Source of the DNA: a virus
Taxonomy: Duplodnaviria > Caudoviricetes
DNA length: 31,167 bases
IMG/VR virus record: IMGVR_UViG_3300037755_000320
Location: 1 to 31,167 of that record
Reading direction: 5' to 3' (one strand)
Part shown: positions 1 through 7,304 of the stretch, in pieces
Layout: every line of letters starts with the position of its first letter
Position numbering within the stretch: position 1 is the first letter of the stretch
Program-made: the position numbers and the translations under genes
The notes under the pieces: generated by a model
Database searches by the model: none
Seen by the model: the letters and a program-made list of their open reading frames with translations, nothing else
What the model was told of the DNA's origin: nothing

Positions 1-9
1 CCGCGCGGT

Positions 10-1014
10 GGTCGCCCTAAGTGCGCGGGGACGGACGGCGCGACGCCAGGCCGAGGAGCGGCAAAGGCAAGGTCGCCCTAAGTGCGCGGGGACGGACGTT
101 CTTGTGTCGAGCGGGGCCCTTATGTGGTCCCGGTCGCCCTAAGTGCGCGGGGACGGACGTCGTCCAGATAGAGCGTAGCGCCGGCCTCAACCGGTCGCCC
201 TAAGTGCGCGGGGACGGACGACTGGAGCCTCACGTCGATAAGAACGACTCGTTGGTCGCCCTAAGTGCGCGGGGACGGACGGCGTCTCGAGCACAACTTG
301 AGTGTCCGGAACATGGTCGCCCTAAGTGCGCGGGGACGGACGGCGCCAGGACCTGGACGGTCACCGCGACGATCTGGTCGCCCTAAGTGCGCGGGGACGG
401 ACGGCCCTCTCAGATGCTGATTGGGTGAGGCTAAAAGGTCGCCCTAAGTGCGCGGGGACGGACGGTCGTTACCCACCGCGCCAATGGTCGTATCCGGGGT
501 CGCCCTAAGTGCGCGGGGACGGACGACGGCGATTGTCGTCAAGGACGACGGGGCCGGGGGTCGCCCTAAGTGCGCGGGGACGGACGCTGACTGGATCTGC
601 TTTCTCTGAGTCATGGCGAGGTCGCCCTAAGTGCGCGGGGACGGACGTTCTGATGTCATATTTTTGTAAACGCCTTCAGCGGTCGCCCTAAGTGCGCGGG
701 GACGGACGGCGGAAGGCGTCTCTATCGCCGCACGCGTCGCAGGTCGCCCTAAGTGCGCGGGGACGGACGTTCGTGATGCGCAATTGCGTGTATGCAAAAA
801 AAGGTCGCCCTAAGTGCGCGGGGACGGACGGTCTCTGGATTGTCGTCAACCAGCTTATGACAGGGTCGCCCTAAGTGCGCGGGGACGGACGTTTTGGAGA
901 ATGTCAAGTGTTGACCAATCTTGAGGTCGCCCTAAGTGCGCGGGGACGGACGTGACTGTTGCCGAAGATGGTCGTGTCGTGGTTCGGTCGCTTTAAGCGC
1001 GCACGGGACGGACG
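10..1014 (+). CRISPR. CRISPR array, type I-E-like geometry, truncated at the left window edge
   Basis: GGTCGCCCTAAGTGCGCGGGGACGGACG (28 nt) starts at 10, 71, 132 ... 925 with an exact 61-nt period, separated by 16 distinct 33-nt spacers. A degenerate 29-nt copy (GGTCGCTTTAAGCGCGCACGGGACGGACG) lies at 986-1014. The repeat aligns position by position to the I-E repeat GTGTTCCCCGCGCCAGCGGGGATAAACCG on the + strand. The degenerate copy on the right also implies a leader to the left. Confidence 0.96.
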
Positions 1015-1021
1015 TCGCAGC

Positions 1022-1096
1022 TCACAGCAAGTGCTTGACCCAAAGCACCGCAGCGATAAAGACCAGCATCGCCAGGGTCAGAAAGGTCAGCAGCAC
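1022..1096 (-). CDS. putative 24-aa single-transmembrane peptide
   Basis: GTG-start ORF (M)LLTFLTLAMLVFIAAVLWVKHLL, 11 nt downstream of the previous stop. It is strongly hydrophobic and has no clear RBS. Confidence 0.35.
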   Translation of the reverse strand: MLLTFLTLAMLVFIAAVLWVKHLL

Positions 1097-1107
1097 CCGG
1101 CTGCCGT

Positions 1108-1413
1108 CTAGATAAGATTCGACCCTTTCAAAACCAGCATCAAGAGCGTGCTGGCGAGCAGCCCTCCCAGCCACCGCATGGCGTTCCACAACAGCTGATT
1201 GATCTTCTCGATTTGCCTGAGAAGCTTTTCTTCCAGAACCTCCTGTTGCGTGTCCTGCTGCGTGTTTCTCGCACGCAGGTCCCCGATCGCCGTGAGGATC
1301 TGCTCGTGCCTGATCTCCTGAATCTCCCGGAAATGGGTCAGGTCCGTCCGCACGGCCGTTATGCGTGCTTCCAGGCCCGCGTCCCCTTTGTGTGGCGGCG
1401 CATTGTTTGTCAT
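1108..1413 (-). CDS. coiled-coil protein with C-terminal TM helix (lysis cassette, XhlA-like architecture)
   Basis: 101 aa, heptad-rich N-part, then WLGGLLASTLLMLVL. It follows the holin gene. Confidence 0.7.
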   Translation of the reverse strand: MTNNAPPHKGDAGLEARITAVRTDLTHFREIQEIRHEQILTAIGDLRARNTQQDTQQEVLEEKLLRQIEKINQLLWNAMRWLGGLLASTLLMLVLKGSNLI

Positions 1414-1428
1414 GCATTTCAGTCCCCT

Positions 1429-1929
1429 TTATACGCGCCCCAATACCGACTTGATCGTGTGCCCGCCGCCATAGATAGCGAGCCATAGTCCAGAGAAGCC
1501 CAGAAGGTGCTCCCACGGGATGTTCACGATGCTGGCCCCAAACGCGTTGATCACCGGCAGCGCAACAGAGTTCCACGACCACAGCACTAAAAGCAACCAG
1601 GACATGGCAGGACGCCAGTCACGCGAGAACGGCCGCTCCTCTTCGCGCTCCAGCATGCGATTGCGCTGCGATGTGGCCACGGTGAGGTAAGCGACCCATT
1701 CGGCGCTTCGTTCCGCCTCGATGGCGCGAATCTTCGCTTGTGCTTCCGGATCGGCCTCGATCGCGGAGACGATGGCGTCGGGTTTTGGTTCGACGCCGAG
1801 CGCCTCGCCGAGCGCCTCGATGACCTGGGCGGATGCCTCGCCGGCCGTGCCGCCAAGTTCGGTGCGCAGGATCGTTCCGAGGATCGGTGCGCCGAGGCGT
1901 ATGAGAATCGGCGCTAGTGTCGTGATCAT
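1429..1929 (-). CDS. 3TM-type holin
   Basis: 166 aa with WRP motif (RDWRPAMSWLLL) and two C-terminal hydrophobic segments. GGAG RBS, downstream of the endolysin. Confidence 0.72.
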   Translation of the reverse strand: MITTLAPILIRLGAPILGTILRTELGGTAGEASAQVIEALGEALGVEPKPDAIVSAIEADPEAQAKIRAIEAERSAEWVAYLTVATSQRNRMLEREEERPFSRDWRPAMSWLLLVLWSWNSVALPVINAFGASIVNIPWEHLLGFSGLWLAIYGGGHTIKSVLGRV

Positions 1930-1944
1930 GTCGTGCTCCGATGA

Positions 1945-2106
1945 TCAGCCGAAGATCTGCTGAATGTAGTCCCATGCGGCGGCAGCCGTTGCCGCGACGG
2001 TCGCAGCTGCTGCCGCGATCCAGCGGCTTGTGCTCTCGACATTACCAGAGCCGATGACCCAGCCGACTAGGCCGCCGGCCAGGAAGGTCAGAATAAATAT
2101 CGTCAT
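1945..2106 (-). CDS. small membrane protein, 53 aa (not in ORF track)
   Basis: ATG overlaps the endolysin stop (ATGA). MTIFILTFLAGGLVGWVIGSGNVESTSRWIAAAAATVAATAAAAWDYIQQIFG has two hydrophobic segments and fills the gap to the holin. Confidence 0.75.
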   Translation of the reverse strand: MTIFILTFLAGGLVGWVIGSGNVESTSRWIAAAAATVAATAAAAWDYIQQIFG

Positions 2107-2861
2107 GTCTCATTTCCTTCGGTTGCGACCGCTGCCGCTTCGCGTTCGTACGCTTTTGCGCGCTCGCGGTTGATGCGTGATCTGATGATCAGAATAAGGA
2201 CGACCGCCACGGCCAGGATAATCAGCCCGGACACGATCCAGTCGGCGATGTCCGATGTCCGGTCCGCCGTGATCGCCCCTCCGCCACCAGCGCCGGAGCC
2301 GCCTGCGCCGACCTCCTGTTTGGTCGCGGTCTTCTTCGCGGCCTTGGCTTCGTCGTCAAGTTGACGTTTGACCTGGCTGTTGCCGGCCGTCGCCGCCAGC
2401 GCCCAGGCTACACCCTTGGCCTCGACGTCGGCGATGCGCCGCGCCCAGCCGCGCCCGAAGTTCTTCCAGATCTTGAGCGACTGCACGAAGCCCAGCCGTT
2501 TGGCACACAGCCGCTTGACCGTCTCGTGGTCAGGGCCGCCGATCGCGGCGAGTAGCCATTTGCGCCCGCGCGAGACCCCGGAATTGACCGAGGCGTCATA
2601 GGTGGCCAGATCAACGCCTGCGGCAAGCATCGAGCCGCCGCTCGGCAGCCAGTAGTCCTCGAAGTAGATCTCCTCGGCCTCGGCCCGCGTGATCTGCCGC
2701 ACCGGCCTCAGCGCGCGTCCTCTGCGCCGCAGCCAGCCGTGATAGACGGCCTCGGTGATGCCGTACATCGTCTTGCCGCCGGGATCGGCGGGATGGTCCG
2801 ACCAGCCGCCCTCGTGACGAGCCGTCACCGCGTGGCAACGGCGGAACTTTTCTGTGGTCAT
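2103..2861 (-). CDS. endolysin, glycoside hydrolase family 108, with C-terminal TM segment
   Basis: HEGGWSDHPADPGGKTMYGIT, D..VNSG and FGRGW..R motifs. Start reassigned to MTTEKF at 2861, 4 nt after the tail-fibre stop. Confidence 0.9.
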   Translation of the reverse strand: MTTEKFRRCHAVTARHEGGWSDHPADPGGKTMYGITEAVYHGWLRRRGRALRPVRQITRAEAEEIYFEDYWLPSGGSMLAAGVDLATYDASVNSGVSRGRKWLLAAIGGPDHETVKRLCAKRLGFVQSLKIWKNFGRGWARRIADVEAKGVAWALAATAGNSQVKRQLDDEAKAAKKTATKQEVGAGGSGAGGGGAITADRTSDIADWIVSGLIILAVAVVLILIIRSRINRERAKAYEREAAAVATEGNET

Positions 2862-2865
2862 GGCG

Positions 2866-4479
<1,614 letters not shown>

Positions 4480-4494
4480 TTTGCGAATTTCCCA

Positions 4495-4521
4495 ATAAAA
4501 AACCCCGCTGGTGAGGCGGGG
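4495..4521 (-). terminator. rho-independent terminator
   Basis: CCCCGC/GCGGGG stem (4503-4508/4516-4521) followed on the minus strand by a T6 run. It lies downstream of ORF 4546-4773. Confidence 0.8.
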
Positions 4522-4545
4522 TCAGTCAGTCGAACTGTTGCTCTT

Positions 4546-4773
4546 TTACAGGAGCGCAAAGAGCCTGTTGCATTCTCTGCGCAGCTCGCGGAACTGGAAC
4601 TGCAGCGCCTGGACAAGCGAGTCCGGGATGCCGTCGCGACTTTCAGCGCTTTCCGCGACGTGCCCGAGCATGTTGACGTGTTCGTCGATCAGGCGCAGCG
4701 CGTCGTCGATCTTCTGGCGCCTGATGTGCTCGTTGCTAAGCGCCGGGTGGGCAAGTAGATTGAGTACAGGCAT
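4546..4773 (-). CDS. hypothetical protein, 75 aa, in its own transcription unit
   Basis: AGGAGG RBS (4779-4784), upstream promoter-like sequence and downstream terminator. Confidence 0.72.
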   Translation of the reverse strand: MPVLNLLAHPALSNEHIRRQKIDDALRLIDEHVNMLGHVAESAESRDGIPDSLVQALQFQFRELRRECNRLFALL

Positions 4774-4839
4774 GGTAACCTCCTACACGGGTTGCTGTGT
4801 TTAGAGGGCTTGAGGTGTTAGCTCCACCTCTTGCCCTCG

Positions 4840-4917
4840 GTATGCCAAGTATGACGACGGCATACGCGTTGTCAAGCGCATTCTTGACATTCGCGGCATA
4901 TTTCGTATCTTCGTCAG
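4840..4917. promoter_or_regulatory. back-to-back sigma70-type promoters with inverted-repeat operator candidates
   Basis: TGTCAAG-N6-CTTGACA palindrome (4870-4889) gives a TTGACA on each strand. -10-like TATCTT (4906-4911, +) and CATACT (4853-4848, -) each lie at 16-nt spacing. GTATGCC/GGCATAC inverted repeat at 4840-4846/4859-4865. Confidence 0.65.
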
Positions 4918-5100
4918 ATGCCCGTGGAAAAAGACCCCAGAATCATCATTCCGATGTCGCAAGAGTTGGTTGCTGCCATCGATGAGTACCGTTTCGAAAA
5001 CCGCCTTCCTTCGCGCGCCGAGGCTATACGCGGGCTCCTTGAGTTCGCACTTCAGACGGTGGCGCAGCAGGAACACGCTGACCAGAAGGAGAAGGCATGA
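4918..5100 (+). CDS. ribbon-helix-helix (CopG/Arc-like) DNA-binding protein
   Basis: RIIIPMSQELVAAIDEYRFENRLPSRAEAIRGLL fits the RHH beta-alpha-alpha pattern with the SR.E.IR motif. Confidence 0.85.
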   Translation: MPVEKDPRIIIPMSQELVAAIDEYRFENRLPSRAEAIRGLLEFALQTVAQQEHADQKEKA

Positions 5101-5354
5101 CCGACATTGTCGAACTTGAACGCCGCGTCGCCGCGCTGGAGGCTACTCAAAACGATACGACGCAAACCTTGCGCTGGGTCGTATCGAAGCTGGGTACAAT
5201 GGCCGCCGTGCAAGCAGAGCATACGTTGCGTCTGGACCGCATAGAGAATGATCTCAGCGGGCTGCGCGGCGAATTTGGCGGCTTCAAGCGGGAGTTCCCG
5301 AAGATCGTTGCCGACACTATGCGCGAAGTTCTCAAAGAACAAAGAAGCGATTAA
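5097..5354 (+). CDS. coiled-coil hypothetical protein, 85 aa
   Basis: ATGA overlap with the RHH gene, GGAG RBS, heptad pattern. Confidence 0.75.
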   Translation: MTDIVELERRVAALEATQNDTTQTLRWVVSKLGTMAAVQAEHTLRLDRIENDLSGLRGEFGGFKREFPKIVADTMREVLKEQRSD

Positions 5355-6877
5355 GGCGACGCCTGCATCTGTGTCGCGAAATCGAGAAACTCCGACAAGG
5401 CCCGGTCGAACTCGTCCGGGTTTTCGCGCGCCTGAGTAAGCGGATTGCGATCCGGCACCTGGGCCTTATCATATTGCGACAGCAGATTGCTGAGCGGTCC
5501 TGACGCGGCCGGGTCCTCAGCTCCGCCCTGCCAGGCATGCATGCCCTCTTCCATCGCGCCGCGTGTCATGTCGTAGGCCGCGACAGGCGGCAGGACGCGC
5601 CCCAGCGTCCGCTGCACTAACGGGTTGTTCATGAGCCGTCTGCCACCCTCATAGGCCGCCACGCCCGCGCCTGCGCCGCCCAGGCCGCGTGTGGTCTGTT
5701 CCACCGGTCCCATGTCGCGGGCCTCCGCATCGCTCGACGCCATGTCATAGCCGACGACGCCGGCGACGATCGGGCCTGCGATCGAGGGCAGCGTCTTCGT
5801 CGTTGCGGCCAGCGAGCCGATCTTCTTGCCGATCCGGCTGGCGAAGTTCGGCCCGGACTTGACGCGCAGGACGCGGGCGACCTCGGCGCGGTTCTGCGCG
5901 GTGACGTTCTTCTTGAGGTATTTCGCCGCCTCGGCCTTGGTCAGCTTGCCCTTTGCGCCAGCGGCGCGCGCGGCATCGACGAGCGTGTCTCGGTTCTGCG
6001 GGACGGGCGATTGCTGTGGCGGCGCGGCCGGAGGCGTCGATTGCGGTCCGGCGGGCCCGGAGGACGGCCCGGATGGCGGTCCACCAGCTGCAAGGGCGTT
6101 CGGAGGCGTGGACTGCGGGCCAGCGGCTGCAAGGGCGTTGGGTGGCCGCTTGGCACGCTCTCGCGCTTCCTCGAAGGCCTGCAGGCTGCTACCTGAGACC
6201 GTATCACCAGCGGTTTTATTGAGGCCGTACTGACCGACGACCTGTCCCATGCCCGCAGTCATGGTCGCCTGGCCGAGGTCCGTCAGCGCCTCGCGCGACG
6301 ATTGCTCGTCAACATTCGGTGCGATGCCAAAGCGGCCGAGCGCACCCGTGGCGGCCATCGCCACGCCAGGTGCGAGCGTTCCGAGGCCGCGTCGCGGATT
6401 ATAGAAACGCTTGCGTCTGGCTGTGCTGTGGCTTGCCTTATACTGCTCGCGAGCGTCGGGCGCATCGGGATTGATGGATCGTATGCGCTGTTCAAGAGCG
6501 CCGCTGTCGTCGAGCTTGGACTGTCCCTGTCGCCTGAGACGGCTTTCCTGCAGGGCCGTCAATCCGGTGCCGACCACGGCACCAGTCCCCAAAGCAGTCG
6601 CTGTCCGCGTGAACCGTGAGCGCTGCTGTTCAGGATCAGCCGCTGCAATCTGCTCGTCCAGCGTCCCGATCTGCTCCAGAATTTTCTGCTGGCGCGTTTC
6701 CGCAGCGGCGATCGCGTCCTGGTTTTTCTGGTATAGGCGGCGCTTTTCATCGCGTAGCTTGTCGCCGCCGACCCCTTTCAGCATCTGCTGAAGGTCCATC
6801 GACTCCGGCGGGGCGATCCGGTCAAGCAGCTTCTCAAGCTCTTTACGCCTGCGGACGAGATCCTTATATTCAGCCAT
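5351..6877 (-). CDS. putative internal virion/ejection protein
   Basis: 508-aa Ala/Gly-rich helical protein with an internal Pro-rich repeat (PPNALAAAG twice). Position after the other ejection genes. Confidence 0.6.
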   Translation of the reverse strand: MAEYKDLVRRRKELEKLLDRIAPPESMDLQQMLKGVGGDKLRDEKRRLYQKNQDAIAAAETRQQKILEQIGTLDEQIAAADPEQQRSRFTRTATALGTGAVVGTGLTALQESRLRRQGQSKLDDSGALEQRIRSINPDAPDAREQYKASHSTARRKRFYNPRRGLGTLAPGVAMAATGALGRFGIAPNVDEQSSREALTDLGQATMTAGMGQVVGQYGLNKTAGDTVSGSSLQAFEEARERAKRPPNALAAAGPQSTPPNALAAGGPPSGPSSGPAGPQSTPPAAPPQQSPVPQNRDTLVDAARAAGAKGKLTKAEAAKYLKKNVTAQNRAEVARVLRVKSGPNFASRIGKKIGSLAATTKTLPSIAGPIVAGVVGYDMASSDAEARDMGPVEQTTRGLGGAGAGVAAYEGGRRLMNNPLVQRTLGRVLPPVAAYDMTRGAMEEGMHAWQGGAEDPAASGPLSNLLSQYDKAQVPDRNPLTQARENPDEFDRALSEFLDFATQMQASP

Positions 6878-6900
6878 TGCTTGTTCCCACGGAGGTATTC

Positions 6901-7026
6901 ATGTTTGGACTTGATGCTGCCACATGGCTTGAGATCATCGGTATCCCTGCATCAGTTGTATTCAGCTACTTCTTCGCTCTGTACGTAATCCGGCCAATTC
7001 TCGACAGTTGTGATCGTCGCAAATAG
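6901..7026 (+). CDS. small membrane protein, 41 aa (moron)
   Basis: GGAGG RBS at 6891-6895. MFGLDAATWLEIIGIPASVVFSYFFALYVIRPILDSCDRRK has one TM helix. Lower GC than flanks. Confidence 0.65.
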   Translation: MFGLDAATWLEIIGIPASVVFSYFFALYVIRPILDSCDRRK

Positions 7027-7041
7027 CAACCTCTAGCCTGA

Positions 7042-7070
7042 TTTACATCCCGCGCCGATGCGTGTACAAA
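7042..7070 (+). promoter_or_regulatory. putative sigma70 promoter
   Basis: TTTACA-17 nt-TACAAA, ending 6 nt before ATG 7077. Confidence 0.45.
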
Positions 7071-7076
7071 ATGTGT

Positions 7077-7304
7077 ATGCGCGAACCGATCGATCTTCAT
7101 GAGACATCTCCCGGAAATTGGGAGCCTCGACGGCATTTCGAAAAGCCTGACGGGCGCATCGACTTCAATAAGCTGAAGCCGGAAGACATCGCAGTTCTGC
7201 GCGCCCAGAACCGCAAGCCGCGGCGTCTGCCGACCGAGGATAATGGACTTGGTCTCCTGGTCTGGATCGTCGTCATTGTTATCCTATTCAGCATCTTCGG
7301 ATGA
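7077..7304 (+). CDS. small protein with C-terminal TM anchor (moron)
   Basis: 75 aa, MREPIDL...GLGLLVWIVVIVILFSIFG. Convergent with, and overlapping the end of, the 765-aa gene. Confidence 0.68.
   Translation: MREPIDLHETSPGNWEPRRHFEKPDGRIDFNKLKPEDIAVLRAQNRKPRRLPTEDNGLGLLVWIVVIVILFSIFG

Noticed and set aside
831-863. Possible self-targeting: 13-nt match to 23886-23898 (reverse strand) and 14/15 match to 7261-7275
   Set aside because: The matches do not extend and are of a length expected by chance for 16 spacers against 31 kb. I saw no full protospacer in the window, though a by-eye search is not exhaustive.
21-874. Five 60-aa plus-strand ORFs starting MRGDGR
   Set aside because: Artefacts of the 61-nt CRISPR period (3 x 61 = 183 nt), with start and stop codons supplied by the repeat.
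892-924. Spacer sharing GAATGTCAAG with the reverse strand of the promoter near 4883-4892
   Set aside because: Only 10 nt are identical, which is explained by shared -35 motif content.
986-1014. Degenerate last repeat as a hybrid att site
   Set aside because: Both ends match the consensus and the changes are internal. This fits ordinary trailer-repeat decay better than a recombinant junction.
1022-1582. 186-aa minus-strand ORF
   Set aside because: It overlaps two better genes out of frame. Only its last 24 codons look protein-like, and these are reported separately.
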